From Desulfosudaceae bacterium (GTDB lineage Bacteria; Desulfobacterota; Desulfobacteria; Desulfobacterales; Desulfosudaceae), in assembly GCA_963674745.2 (NCBI GenBank), contig CAXXDV010000001.1:1664001-1728000 (forward strand): a stretch of 64,000 bases of DNA, read 5' to 3'. Each line of letters opens with the position of its first letter. Within the stretch, counting starts at the first letter, position 1. Positions 1-10,921 of the stretch are shown here, piece after piece. Both the position numbers and the translations under genes were made by a program. The notes under the pieces are model-generated. The model searched no databases. It was not told the origin of the DNA and worked only from the letters and a program-made list of their open reading frames with translations.

Positions 1-333
1 GTCCCATTCCTCCGGGTACTCATAGGCCCGGATCAGGTAAACATCACGCTTGGGAATGCCCTTGGGCTGGGTTTTGGGGATTTTGATGGATATTTTATGC
101 TTGGTCAAAAAGCCGATATCCATCATAAAGTGATCCAGGCGGCGTAAACCGTCACTGCTAAAAATACCCGACAGGACCGGTGAATCCTTTATTTTTTCAA
201 ACGGTCCGCCAAGATCCCGTAAAAAAAGGCCGACACCAGACCCGTCATGGCCTTCCCGCATGACATCCAGCGCCTCCAGGGCAACCATTGGAGACAGCGG
301 GCTCTCACTGGTGATGGCAAATAAGCGGCACAT
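1..333 (-). CDS. Class II (Ntn) glutamine amidotransferase-domain protein, probably a glutamate synthase amidotransferase-type subunit; partial, runs off the left edge
   Basis: Not in the ORF track. ATG at 333 preceded by GGAG. Translation MCRLFAITSESPLSPMVALEALDVMREGHDGSGVG... has the N-terminal nucleophile Cys2 and an 'EGHDGSG' motif. Directly downstream of glnA. Confidence 0.75.
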   Translation of the reverse strand, partial: MCRLFAITSESPLSPMVALEALDVMREGHDGSGVGLFLRDLGGPFEKIKDSPVLSGIFSSDGLRRLDHFMMDIGFLTKHKISIKIPKTQPKGIPKRDVYLIRAYEYPEEWD

Positions 334-435
334 GGTTTTCTCCCCAGACCAGTTTTATAAACGGTCTTAATCTTTTATTAAGTATCTTAATGTATTGTCT
401 TTTAAGTTTGCTTCAGCGTCCTTGTAAAGCGCATA

Positions 436-475
436 AGGGGCAACGGTTGATCGATGGAACCTAACCGTTGCCCCT
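436..475. terminator. Stem-loop (terminator or REP-like) between glnA and the amidotransferase gene
   Basis: 13-bp inverted repeat AGGGGCAACGGTT ... AACCGTTGCCCCT; no clear U-tract. Confidence 0.4.
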
Positions 476-526
476 ATATACTACCGCAAAAGCTATTGCA
501 ACCGCATTAATAGATGTTAATACGGA

Positions 527-1861
527 TTACAGTTTCGGCAGATATTCCTCGATCTCAAACTGGCTGACGTGGGTCCGATATTTATCCCATTCAACTTTTT
601 TGTTTTCGATAAATTTGTCAAATATGTGGTCGCCCAGAATCCTTTTTACCAGTTCGCTTTTTTCCGTTTCCTGGATAGCGGCATACAGGTTGCCGGGAAG
701 TTCGGTAATCCCTTTTTGTGACCGTTCGGCCGGTGTCATTTCAAAAATATCTTCTTCAATGGGATCGGGCAGTTCATATTTCTTTTCGATACCTTCGAGG
801 CCCGCGCCCAGCATCACGGCAAAGGCCAGGTAGGGGTTGCAGGAAGGATCGGGGGCCCGGAATTCCATTCTGGTAGCCGCTTCTTTTCCGGGTTTGTACA
901 TGGGAACCCGGATCATGGCCGATCGGTTGCGATTGGCCCAGGATACATAAACCGGCGCTTCATAACCGGGTACCAGCCGCTTGTAGGAATTGACCCACTG
1001 GTTGGTGATGGAAATTATTTCCGGCGCGTGCTTCAGGATGCCCGCGATATAGTGTTTGGCTAAATCAGAGAGGTTGAACTCGGCATCCTTGTTATAGAAG
1101 GCGTTTTTGCCGTCTTTGAACAGAGACTGATGAACATGCATGCCGCTTCCGTTTTCGCCGAACAACGGTTTGGGCATAAACGTGGCATAAATGCCGTTCT
1201 TGTTGGCAATCTCTTTTACTACCGTGCGGTAGGTCATGGTAATGTCGGCCATGGTCATACCTTCGGCATAACGAAGGTCGATTTCGTGCTGGCTGGGCGC
1301 GACTTCATGATGGCTGTACTCGACCTGGATGCCCATGGACTGGAGGGCGAAAATGGTCTGGCGCCGTAAATCTCCCGCCATGTCCACCGGACGGGCGTCA
1401 AAATATCCGCCTTTGTCGAGGATCTGGGTGCCGGCGTCATTCGCGAAATAGAAGTATTCCAGCTCAGGGCCGATATAAAATGTGTATCCTTGCTCCGCTA
1501 CCCGGCCAAGCAGTCGTTTGAAGACATAACGCGGATCGCCTTCATAGGGTTCCCCTTGAGGTGTCAATATATCACAGATCATTCGCGCCACCGGACGCTC
1601 ATCCTCACCCCGCCAGGGCACGAACTGAAAAGTGGTGGGGTCGGGCCTGGCAATCATGTCACTTTCATGAATGCGGCAGAAACCCTCGATGGATGATCCG
1701 TCAAAACCCATTCCTTCTACAATACCCTCTTCCAGCTCGTCCGGTGTAATGGCAAAGCTTTTCAACCGTCCCAGTACGTCGGTGAACCAGAACTGAATAA
1801 AGCTGACGTTTTTTTCCTTGACGATTTTTTTGACATCTTCGGCATCCTTGCAAATAACCAT
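527..1861 (-). CDS. glnA: Glutamine synthetase type I, GSI-alpha-like (444 aa)
   Basis: Motifs [83 protein letters not shown]. Confidence 0.96.
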   Translation of the reverse strand: MVICKDAEDVKKIVKEKNVSFIQFWFTDVLGRLKSFAITPDELEEGIVEGMGFDGSSIEGFCRIHESDMIARPDPTTFQFVPWRGEDERPVARMICDILTPQGEPYEGDPRYVFKRLLGRVAEQGYTFYIGPELEYFYFANDAGTQILDKGGYFDARPVDMAGDLRRQTIFALQSMGIQVEYSHHEVAPSQHEIDLRYAEGMTMADITMTYRTVVKEIANKNGIYATFMPKPLFGENGSGMHVHQSLFKDGKNAFYNKDAEFNLSDLAKHYIAGILKHAPEIISITNQWVNSYKRLVPGYEAPVYVSWANRNRSAMIRVPMYKPGKEAATRMEFRAPDPSCNPYLAFAVMLGAGLEGIEKKYELPDPIEEDIFEMTPAERSQKGITELPGNLYAAIQETEKSELVKRILGDHIFDKFIENKKVEWDKYRTHVSQFEIEEYLPKL

Positions 1862-1928
1862 GACGTCCTCCTGCTTTTTGAATGCATACGGCTATTAAAA
1901 AATATAGCTGTTCTTTTTAAGCCTATTG

Positions 1929-1944
1929 AGCAACATGCGTGCCA
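1929..1944 (-). promoter_or_regulatory. sigma54 -24/-12 promoter of glnA (GSI-alpha)
   Basis: Minus strand TGGCAC-GCATG-TTGCT matches the TGGCAC-N5-TTGCW consensus. Confidence 0.9.
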
Positions 1945-2020
1945 GAAAAACAACTATCCATAATTATTAAGTTTTTATTGTTTCCGAAAAAAAGTTGCGA
2001 TCCGGTTGTAAAAAAGAATG

Positions 2021-2061
2021 ACAGTTTTGTATGGTTTTTCAAAAAATAATTACAAATATGT
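2021..2061. promoter_or_regulatory. Pair of ACA-N4-TGT boxes, putative enhancer (UAS)
   Basis: ACAGTTTTGT (2021-2030) and ACAAATATGT (2052-2061), 31 bp apart; the motif recurs at the other sigma54 promoters. Confidence 0.7.
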
Positions 2062-2201
2062 AGTTTTCAGCGGACGCTTTTTATCAATAGCAGTGAAGAT
2101 TTATTTTTTTATCATTATTGTCTGAATAACACAATTTTTTTCTGTCGTTCATTCGAAATAATTCGAGGAAAATGATTTTTCGATAGGGCCGGGCCCCGGA
2201 C

Positions 2202-2242
2202 AAAGAAAAGGCCTGCCGGCGACAATTTGTCGCCGACAGGCC
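2202..2242 (-). terminator. Intrinsic terminator after the first amt gene
   Basis: GGCCTGCCGGCGACAA-T-TTGTCGCCGACAGGCC hairpin followed on the minus strand by TTTTCTTT. Confidence 0.7.
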
Positions 2243-2279
2243 GGGGGGTGGGGGTGGGCAAGTTAGTAAAGCGTCCGGC

Positions 2280-3611
2280 TTACTGCTGGCTGTAGGCCGA
2301 GGTGGCAAAATCCGGATAAGCGTTGTTGCCGTGCTCAATGGAATCCAATCCTTCGGCTTCTTCTTCCGGGGATACCCGCAGGCCGATGACCATATCGATT
2401 ACCTTGAACATGATAAAGGCTGTGACAAATGTCCAGACAAAGCAAACGCCGATACCCAGCAGCTGGACGCCGATGATTTTGCCTGTAGTGCCGCCGATAT
2501 TGAAGATTCCGGCTGCCAGGGTGCCCCAGGCACCGTTGATGCCATGTACTGAAATGGCGCCGACCGGGTCATCTACTTTTATTTTATCAAAGAACAGTAC
2601 GGCAAATACAACCAGCACACCGGCGATGGCACCGATAATAATGGAACTGGTCGGGGAGACATTGGCACAACCGGCCGTAATGGCCACCAAACCGGCCAGG
2701 GCGCCGTTTAGGCTCATGCTGACTTCCGGTTTTCCGAATTTTATCCAGGAAACAATCATGGCGACAACGCAGCCGGTGGCGGCCGCCAGGTTGGTGTTGA
2801 CGAAAATCATGGCAATGCTTTTGTCGGCCGTGGTCGTGGAGCCGGGGTTGAACCCGAACCAGCCCAGCCAGAGGATGAAGACGCCAAGCGCGGCCAGGGG
2901 TATATTGTGACCCAGGATGGGGCGGATTTTTCCGTCACTGGTGTATTTGCCCAAACGGGGGCCGAGGACCAGTGTTCCGGCCAGGGCGGCCCAGCCACCG
3001 ACAGAGTGGACCACGGTGGATCCGGCAAAGTCGATAAACCCGAGGCCTTCCAGCCAGCCGCTGCCGTGAAACAGGCTGCCCCAGGCCCAGGAGCCGAATA
3101 TCGGGTAAATTATGGCGCTGATAAAAACGCTGTAGACCAGATAGCCGATGAATTTAGTCCGTTCAGCCATGGCGCCGGAAACAATGGTGGCGGCTGTGGC
3201 GGCAAAAACCACCTGGAACATCCAGAATGCCAGGACCCAGGGGTCTCCGTCCGGTGAAAAATCGCTTAAAAAGAAGCCGCTGGTGCCGAACCATCCGGTT
3301 TTGGACGCTCCGAACATGAGGCCGAACCCGATTGCCCAGAAAGCCAGGGAGCCCATGGAAAAATCCATCAGGTTTTTCATCATAATGTTGACAGCGTTCT
3401 TGGCGCGCGTGAAGCCGCACTCGACCATGGCGAACCCGGCCTGCATGAAGAAAACCAGGGCGGCGGCCACCAGGGTCCACATGTAGTTGGCATGGGTCTG
3501 AACCAGCGCGATGGCGTCGGCGTTCGTTAGCGGGGTGACTTTTTCGTCTCCCGCCCAGGCGCTGAGGGCGCATAATGAAATAATAATTGTAGCGGATAGT
3601 ATACGTTTCAT
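2280..3611 (-). CDS. amtB: Ammonium transporter (Amt family) 1
   Basis: FFMQAGF, FQVVFAAT..IVSGAMAER, DFAGSTVVH, GWFGFN, DDPVGAISVHG. Start moved to ATG 3611 (AAGGAG RBS, signal peptide MKRILS...). Confidence 0.95.
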   Translation of the reverse strand: MKRILSATIIISLCALSAWAGDEKVTPLTNADAIALVQTHANYMWTLVAAALVFFMQAGFAMVECGFTRAKNAVNIMMKNLMDFSMGSLAFWAIGFGLMFGASKTGWFGTSGFFLSDFSPDGDPWVLAFWMFQVVFAATAATIVSGAMAERTKFIGYLVYSVFISAIIYPIFGSWAWGSLFHGSGWLEGLGFIDFAGSTVVHSVGGWAALAGTLVLGPRLGKYTSDGKIRPILGHNIPLAALGVFILWLGWFGFNPGSTTTADKSIAMIFVNTNLAAATGCVVAMIVSWIKFGKPEVSMSLNGALAGLVAITAGCANVSPTSSIIIGAIAGVLVVFAVLFFDKIKVDDPVGAISVHGINGAWGTLAAGIFNIGGTTGKIIGVQLLGIGVCFVWTFVTAFIMFKVIDMVIGLRVSPEEEAEGLDSIEHGNNAYPDFATSAYSQQ

Positions 3612-3633
3612 GGTGACAAACTCCTTTCTTTTG

Positions 3634-4005
<372 letters not shown>

Positions 4006-4040
4006 TTACACCTTTTGTTAACGTTGTTGTTTTTATAAAA

Positions 4041-4056
4041 AGCAAGGGGTGTGCCA
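4041..4056 (-). promoter_or_regulatory. sigma54 promoter of glnK1-amt1
   Basis: Minus strand TGGCAC-ACCCC-TTGCT. Confidence 0.9.
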
Positions 4057-4146
4057 AGAGTCAAAAAGCAGTTTTGAATTTAAAATAATAAATTAATTTC
4101 AATATGTTAAAAGAAAACGCCTTTCTGAACGAAAAAAATAAATAAT

Positions 4147-4186
4147 ACAATTTTGTTGCTAAGAAATCAAAATATTACATTTATGT
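4147..4186. promoter_or_regulatory. Pair of ACA-N4-TGT boxes (putative UAS)
   Basis: ACAATTTTGT (4147-4156) and ACATTTATGT (4177-4186), 30 bp apart. Confidence 0.7.
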
Positions 4187-4316
4187 ATATAGCGTGGGCG
4201 GGTCAATTATAGAAAAGCCATGACGCATTTTTGCATCCGTCGGATGCGAGGGGGGGGCACAAAAACCAATTTTTTCGGGAGAAGGCCGGGTGTCTGTTCA
4301 GGGGAAATTAAGGATA

Positions 4317-4358
4317 AGAAAAAAGCGGGAGACAATTAATTGTCTCCCGCTTTTTTCT
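4317..4358. terminator. Intrinsic terminator after glnK2 (symmetrical, potentially bidirectional)
   Basis: Perfect palindrome AGAAAAAAGCGGGAGACAATTAATTGTCTCCCGCTTTTTTCT. Confidence 0.85.
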
Positions 4359-4404
4359 GTTGGTGGTGAATTTTACCGGTTTCAAATCAAAGATGCCCTC
4401 AAGG

Positions 4405-4755
<351 letters not shown>

Positions 4756-4758
4756 TTA

Positions 4759-6048
4759 TTAGTCTAATTCAAAAGCTCTTTCACCGTGGAGGGCGCTGTC
4801 AAGTCCCATCATCTCATCGTCCCGGCTAACCCGTAAACCGCCGGTGATCAATCGTGTGATCAGGATGATGATCAGCGTTCCCAGGGCTGAAAACCCGATT
4901 GTGGCCACGATAGAAACGGCCTGTATAACTACCTGGTAAGCGTTTCCATAAAACAGTCCCCTGGTGCCTTCGGCAATAGCCGGGCTGGCGAACAGCCCGG
5001 TAGCAAGGGCGCCCCAGATGCCGCAGATGCCGTGAACACCAAAGGCGTCCAGAGAATCGTCGTAGCCCAGCTTGTGCTTGATAACGGAAACGCTGTAAAA
5101 TCCCAGCAGGCCGGCTACCAGCCCGATGATCAGGGATGCCGGCAGGTTGACAAATCCGGCCGCCGGTGTAATGGCGACCAGGCCGGCCACGACACCGGAA
5201 GCAAGTCCCAGCAGCGTGGGCTTTTTGGAGACAACCCATTCGGCGAACATCCAGGCCATGGCCGCCATGGCGGCGGAGGAGTTGGTGACCAGAAAGGCGG
5301 AGCCGGCCAGCCCGTTGGCTGCCAGGGCGCTGCCGGCATTGAAGCCGAACCAGCCGAACCACAACAATGCCGCGCCCAGGGCGGTCAGAGTGACGCTGGA
5401 GGGAAACATGGCGTCTTTGCCGTAGCCTTCCCGTTTGCCCAGCACCAGGGCCAGTACCAGTCCGGCTATACCGGCATTAATATGGACCACGTTGCCGCCG
5501 GCAAAATCCAGTGCGCCCATTTCCGCCATCCAGCCGCCGCCCCAGACCCAGTGTGCCACCGGAGCGTATACAAAGGTCAGCCAGAGAACGGAAAAAACGA
5601 TCCAGGACGAGAATTTCATACGATCAACAACCGAGCCCAGTACCAGCGCCACGGTAATCGCGGCAAAGGTCAGCTGAAACAATACAAAAACATTGGTTGG
5701 AATAGAACCGAAAAGGCTTTCAGGCGTAATGGATTTTAAAAACAGAAAATCCAATCCGCCGATTAGCCCACCCTTGTCCGGCCCAAAAGCCAGGGTGTAT
5801 CCCCAGCTGACCCACACCAGGCTGCCCAGGCAGTAGGCGGCGAACGTCATGGCATAGGTGTTTAACAGGTTTTTGTGCCTGGACATGCCGCCATAAAAAA
5901 GCGCCAGGCCGGCCGGCGTCATCATCATGACCAGGGCTGTGGCGACAATGATCCAGGCCGTGTCCCCGGTATCCATACCGGTTTCCCCTGCAAAAGCAGG
6001 TGTCAGAGGGATCAGCAGTCCGAACAGTAATAAAAGAATGCGTTTCAT
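4759..6048 (-). CDS. amtB: Ammonium transporter (AmtB-like) 2
   Basis: GLALFYGG, FQLTFA, HWVWGGGW, DFAGGNVVH, WFGWFGFNAGS, DDSLDAFGVHG. Confidence 0.95.
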   Translation of the reverse strand: MKRILLLLFGLLIPLTPAFAGETGMDTGDTAWIIVATALVMMMTPAGLALFYGGMSRHKNLLNTYAMTFAAYCLGSLVWVSWGYTLAFGPDKGGLIGGLDFLFLKSITPESLFGSIPTNVFVLFQLTFAAITVALVLGSVVDRMKFSSWIVFSVLWLTFVYAPVAHWVWGGGWMAEMGALDFAGGNVVHINAGIAGLVLALVLGKREGYGKDAMFPSSVTLTALGAALLWFGWFGFNAGSALAANGLAGSAFLVTNSSAAMAAMAWMFAEWVVSKKPTLLGLASGVVAGLVAITPAAGFVNLPASLIIGLVAGLLGFYSVSVIKHKLGYDDSLDAFGVHGICGIWGALATGLFASPAIAEGTRGLFYGNAYQVVIQAVSIVATIGFSALGTLIIILITRLITGGLRVSRDDEMMGLDSALHGERAFELD

Positions 6049-6104
6049 AATCGTTTCCTTTCTTTATTTTTATTTCAGGTTTGGCGTTTGTTGTATATGT
6101 TCAC

Positions 6105-6120
6105 TGCAAGGGGTGTGCCA
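6105..6120 (-). promoter_or_regulatory. sigma54 promoter of amt2-glnK2
   Basis: Minus strand TGGCAC-ACCCC-TTGCA. Confidence 0.9.
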
Positions 6121-6207
6121 ATGGTTTAGTCGGGGCTCGAAAACGAAAACTAATTGTATTTATTGCGGTTTTCAACTTACAAAAATATTTTCCTAAAAAC
6201 TAAAAGT

Positions 6208-6238
6208 ACAGAATTGTAATATAATAAAACATTAATGT
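6208..6238. promoter_or_regulatory. Pair of ACA-N4-TGT boxes (putative UAS)
   Basis: ACAGAATTGT (6208-6217) and ACATTAATGT (6229-6238), 21 bp apart; a one-mismatch copy lies at 6179-6188. Confidence 0.7.
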
Positions 6239-6300
6239 GATTTTGTCGGTATGGGCGGTGGCTCTTAATGGTCGGGTCAGCGGAAGATTGTGGAGAAAAT

Positions 6301-6345
6301 AAAAAAACGGCCGGACAGAAAACGTCGTTCTGTCCGGCCGTTTTT
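6301..6345. terminator. Intrinsic terminator after glnK3
   Basis: AAAAACGGCCGGACAGAA-loop-TTCTGTCCGGCCGTTTTT. Confidence 0.8.
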
Positions 6346-6467
6346 AAAGTCAAATGACCTTATAGGTAACAACAGTATAGGGGCCCTGTTCCTTTAAAAC
6401 CTTTACCCACAGCACGGCTCCTGTTAACTGCCGGTTTCGTTGCGGGCCATGTCCGGTTGGATGCTGA

Positions 6468-6821
<354 letters not shown>

Positions 6822-8156
6822 TTATTTGACAAAATCAGAATGAATCAGGCCGTATCCGTTCTCTCCATGCAGGGACTGGTCAAGACCATCCACTTCACCC
6901 TGCTCGTCAATTCTGAACCCGACTGTTTTTTCTACCAGAAAATATATTATCAAGGTACCCACCACGGCAAGAAGAATAGTTACACCAATACCCAGCAGTT
7001 GAATCGTTAACTGGTTCCAGACACTCCAGGAGCCGCCGGCCGCGGTCGCGGCGCTTTTCATCCAGCTGTCCCGGATAAAGAAGCTCAGCAGCAATACGCC
7101 GAGGCCGCTGCCGATACCATGAATCCCGAAACAGTCGAGGCTGTCATCGTAGCCCAATTTTGTTTTTGCCACCAGGGCATAGTAACAGGCAACAGCCGAG
7201 CAGGCGCCGAGAATAATGGCGCCGGAAGGCTGCACCACGCCCGCGGCCGGTGTAATAACCACCAGGCCGGCTAAAATACCTGATACAAAACCCAGCGAGG
7301 TCGCCTTCCGGTAAATCAGTGCTTCTATAATCATCCATGTCAAAGCACCGCTGGCTGCGGAGACCTGCGTCATGGTCAGTGCCCGGGCCGTATCCAGTCC
7401 GCTTTGCACGGTTGAACCGGCGTTGAAACCGAACCAGCCCACCCACAGCAGGCCGGCACCCATCATGGTCATGACCATGTTGTTCGGAATCATCGGCGTT
7501 TTCGGATATCCCTTGCGGCTGCCGAGCAGCAGGGCGATGACCAGGGCGCTGATACCGGCTGAAACGTGAATCACCGTGCCGCCGGCCAGGTCGATAACAC
7601 CGGCCGCCCCGGCATTGAACAGCCAGCCGTCGGACGCCCAGACCCAGTGGCAAAGCGGGCAGTATACCAGCAGAAACCAGAGGGTGATAAACAGTGTGTA
7701 GCCACGGAAATAGACCCGCTCGGCCAGCGCGCCGCTGATGAGGGCCGGCGTAATGATGGCGAATTTGCCCTGAAACATGGCCAGCACGTATTCCGGTACG
7801 CCGTTAACAATACTTTCATCAATGCCGTTTAATAAAAGATAGTCCGGGTTCCAGCCGATAAAACCGCCCAGAACACTTTTGCCAAACGTCAAAGAATAGC
7901 CGACCACGACCCATAGTACGCCGATAACAGCCATGGCCACGAAGCTGTGCATCATGGTGCCGAGCACATTTTTTGTTCGAACCAGACCGCCATAAAACAT
8001 GGCCAGTCCCGGTACCATGAGCAGCACCAGAGCGGTTGACGTCAGCATCCAGCAGGTTGTCCCGGTATCAATGTCGCCTTCCGCGGCAAAGACGAACTCA
8101 GGCAATACCAGCACCAAAAAGAATCCCCATACCGGTAGACTCAGCTTAAACTTCAT
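6822..8156 (-). CDS. amtB: Ammonium transporter (AmtB-like) 3
   Basis: PGLAMFYGG, FQGKFAIITPALISGA, DLAGGTVIH, GWFGFNAGS, DDSLDCFGIHG. GAGGAGG RBS. Confidence 0.95.
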   Translation of the reverse strand: MKFKLSLPVWGFFLVLVLPEFVFAAEGDIDTGTTCWMLTSTALVLLMVPGLAMFYGGLVRTKNVLGTMMHSFVAMAVIGVLWVVVGYSLTFGKSVLGGFIGWNPDYLLLNGIDESIVNGVPEYVLAMFQGKFAIITPALISGALAERVYFRGYTLFITLWFLLVYCPLCHWVWASDGWLFNAGAAGVIDLAGGTVIHVSAGISALVIALLLGSRKGYPKTPMIPNNMVMTMMGAGLLWVGWFGFNAGSTVQSGLDTARALTMTQVSAASGALTWMIIEALIYRKATSLGFVSGILAGLVVITPAAGVVQPSGAIILGACSAVACYYALVAKTKLGYDDSLDCFGIHGIGSGLGVLLLSFFIRDSWMKSAATAAGGSWSVWNQLTIQLLGIGVTILLAVVGTLIIYFLVEKTVGFRIDEQGEVDGLDQSLHGENGYGLIHSDFVK

Positions 8157-8252
8157 TTTTTACCTCCTCACCCCAATTTTTAAATTACACGATTATCCTC
8201 CACACCTGTGACCTAAGGGCACCTTTAAATGTCGTGCCGGTGCTGAATCATC

Positions 8253-10910
8253 TCAGTTGTTGTTAACAGGATTTATTTTAGAAAAAAGGTCGTTTAAAAC
8301 ATTTTTGATGGCTTTTTCCAGGGCTTCGATTTGCTCCGGCGCGTCAAGCCGCTGGCCGTCCCTGTCACGCACATAAAAGACGTCAACGACCTGGTCGACT
8401 TTAGTGCCGATTTTGGCAACCCATACATCCAGACCGTATCGGAATAAAGTGTCGGTGATATGGAACAGCAGTCCCGGGCAATCATTGGTGAATACTTCAA
8501 TGATGGTAAAAAATCCGGATGTATCATTGTCAATGACTACACGGTGGGGCCGATTGGCAACACAACCATAGCGTTTCAAGTCGATTTGCTTCTCAGATAA
8601 TGTCTGCGTGAGATCCAGTTCATTGTTCAGAATCGACCGCAGTTGTTCCGCTGTTTTTTTCCAGTACAGATCCTCGTAAATCTGATCCGCTGGCGGCCGG
8701 AGCGTGAAAATGTCCAGCGCGATATCATTTTTCCAGGTGTAAATTTCAGCTTCCAGGATATCAATATTATTGATTGTAAAAGCGCCGGCTATTTTGGAAA
8801 AAAGGCCGGGCTGGTCCTTGGCGCAGATCGTTACCGTACGGGTCTGGGTGTTGCTGCCATGGCTGATTTTCCAGACAAACGGTTGTTCTTTTAATTGTTG
8901 TGCAAGCCTCATATGGTCGATGATGGCCTGTTCTTCCATATAGAGAAAATATCGCGGTGAAAGGACTTTCAGGTGAGCCTCAAGCAGGTCTTTCTCCTGG
9001 CCGGTGCCGGCTGATGCCAGCAGCAGCTGTTTTTTCTGCTCGACCGTTTCAACCGCCTGCTGAGAGGCCAGCTCGCCTTTTTCAAGAATATGAAGCACTT
9101 TAAAAAACAGGTCCCGCAGCAGTTGGGCCGTCCAGTCATTCCAGGCCTTGGGGCCGGTCGCCATGGAGTCGGCCACTGTCAGCAGGTAAAGCATTTTCAG
9201 TCGTTTAATATCCTTGATTTTCCGGGCGCAGAAGATGGCGGTTTCTTCATCGTTGGTATCCCGCCGGGTAGCGATTTTTACCAGAAAAAGATGGTTTTTG
9301 ATGAGAAACTTTACGGTGTCGACCTGTTCCGCGGAATAACCCATATTCTTTAGAATACGGGCGGCCATTCGCGCGCCCCTTTCCGAATGACCGCCGCCGG
9401 ACTTCCCCTTGCCGATATCATGCAGCAGTGTCGCCCAGAGCAGAATCGGTTTCAGTTTGCCGATTTCCCGGAACAGGTCCGCCAGTAAGGGGTTGGGGCC
9501 GGTTTTTCCGGAAAATGTTTTCATTATCCGGACGGTACGGAGGGAGTGCCGGTCAATGGGATAAAGATGGTATCCGTCAAACTGGATGCGGTTTTTGATT
9601 GATTTTACGGCCGGTATAAACCGTTCCAGAAATCCGGTCTGCAGCATTTCATTGAGCACATTAAATGTCGTGGCCGGGGTTTTTAAAATCTGTTCGAAAA
9701 CTTTTACGTTGTCCGGATTTGCCCGGAAATGTTTGTCGATCAGGTATGAAAATTCCTTTATCACCCTTCGGGCTTCCCAGCTTAAAGTCAGCTTCAATTT
9801 TGCGCTTTCATGGAAAATTTTCAGCAGTAAATCCGGCTGTCGTGGAATATACTCCGTGGCAGCAAATCCGATCTGATTGCCCTCAATTTGCAAACCTTTT
9901 ACTTCCGTGGATTTGCGATAGGCAATTTTCAGTAAAGATGGACGGGAAGCGGTCGCATCAGCAAGAAAAACCAGGTTGGTCTGTTTAATATAGGCCATTT
10001 CCGAGTGCAGTTTTCCCAGAAAACGTTCCACTGCCGGTTGTTCGCTGGTATCGCTGAACTTGAGCTGTGAAGCCAGTGTTTGTTGATGCTCAAAATAAAG
10101 CTGGTCAAATTTCCGTCGGGTCAGATGGTGAAGATGATTTCTGACGTTCCAGATAAACGATAACGCCTTGTTCAACTGTTCAAACTCGTCGCAGGACAGA
10201 TAGCCGAGGAATTCCAGGTCGCGGGGCTGAATGATTTTAGACTGAACCCGGGCAATCCATAAAATGGTATGATAATCCCTCAGTCCGCCCTGGCCGTCTT
10301 TGAGGTTCGGTTCCAGGAGATAACTGGAGTCGCCGAACTTGGCATGACGGTCGTGACTGCTCTGGATCAGCGCGTTCACAACTTTACGGGCCCGTCCACC
10401 GGTCAGGTTCTGGTTCAGCCGCTCCCGGAGCTGGGCGTAAAGCATGGACATGCCACATAAAAAACGGGCATCCAGCAGAGCGGTCATGACGTCGATATCA
10501 TCGGCTGCCAGTCGCAAACAATCTTTTATGGATCGGGTGGCGTGACCGACCTCAAACCCCATATCCCATAAAGGATAGAGGATTTCCCGAATCAACTGTT
10601 CCGCCTCTGTTGGGACCGTTTTTTCAAACAGCAGAAGAATATCGATGTCTGAATGAAGGCATTGCTCCTGTCGTCCGTAACCGCCCAGGGCGATCATGGC
10701 ATATGGCTGCTTGTGAAACTGCATTTGCGGACCGATTTGGCTGCTTTCAAAGCTGTCGATAAAATACTGGTCCAGAAGAGCCGTATGTTTGAGCAGAAAA
10801 TCGGATGTCTTCCCCTTGTCAAAAAAACCGGAGAAAAGACGGTTCCTTTCTTCCGCCAGGCGGATAGATGCATCGCTTCTGTTGATGGTGCTTTTAGCGG
10901 GTTCAGTCAT
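8253..10910 (-). CDS. glnD: [Protein-PII] uridylyltransferase / uridylyl-removing enzyme
   Basis: NTase motif ALGGYGR...SDIDIL, LEPNLKDGQGGLRD, HD domain (LLHDIGKG), two C-terminal ACT domains. Start moved to ATG 10910 (885 aa) because the ORF-track extension runs through the promoter and overlaps the divergent gene. Confidence 0.93.
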   Translation of the reverse strand: MTEPAKSTINRSDASIRLAEERNRLFSGFFDKGKTSDFLLKHTALLDQYFIDSFESSQIGPQMQFHKQPYAMIALGGYGRQEQCLHSDIDILLLFEKTVPTEAEQLIREILYPLWDMGFEVGHATRSIKDCLRLAADDIDVMTALLDARFLCGMSMLYAQLRERLNQNLTGGRARKVVNALIQSSHDRHAKFGDSSYLLEPNLKDGQGGLRDYHTILWIARVQSKIIQPRDLEFLGYLSCDEFEQLNKALSFIWNVRNHLHHLTRRKFDQLYFEHQQTLASQLKFSDTSEQPAVERFLGKLHSEMAYIKQTNLVFLADATASRPSLLKIAYRKSTEVKGLQIEGNQIGFAATEYIPRQPDLLLKIFHESAKLKLTLSWEARRVIKEFSYLIDKHFRANPDNVKVFEQILKTPATTFNVLNEMLQTGFLERFIPAVKSIKNRIQFDGYHLYPIDRHSLRTVRIMKTFSGKTGPNPLLADLFREIGKLKPILLWATLLHDIGKGKSGGGHSERGARMAARILKNMGYSAEQVDTVKFLIKNHLFLVKIATRRDTNDEETAIFCARKIKDIKRLKMLYLLTVADSMATGPKAWNDWTAQLLRDLFFKVLHILEKGELASQQAVETVEQKKQLLLASAGTGQEKDLLEAHLKVLSPRYFLYMEEQAIIDHMRLAQQLKEQPFVWKISHGSNTQTRTVTICAKDQPGLFSKIAGAFTINNIDILEAEIYTWKNDIALDIFTLRPPADQIYEDLYWKKTAEQLRSILNNELDLTQTLSEKQIDLKRYGCVANRPHRVVIDNDTSGFFTIIEVFTNDCPGLLFHITDTLFRYGLDVWVAKIGTKVDQVVDVFYVRDRDGQRLDAPEQIEALEKAIKNVLNDLFSKINPVNNN

Positions 10911-10921
10911 ACCGAAACTTT

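Noticed and set aside
8224..8239. sigma54-like CGGCAC upstream of amt3
   Set aside because: The -12 element reads TTAA with no GC; amt3 is more simply read through from glnD.
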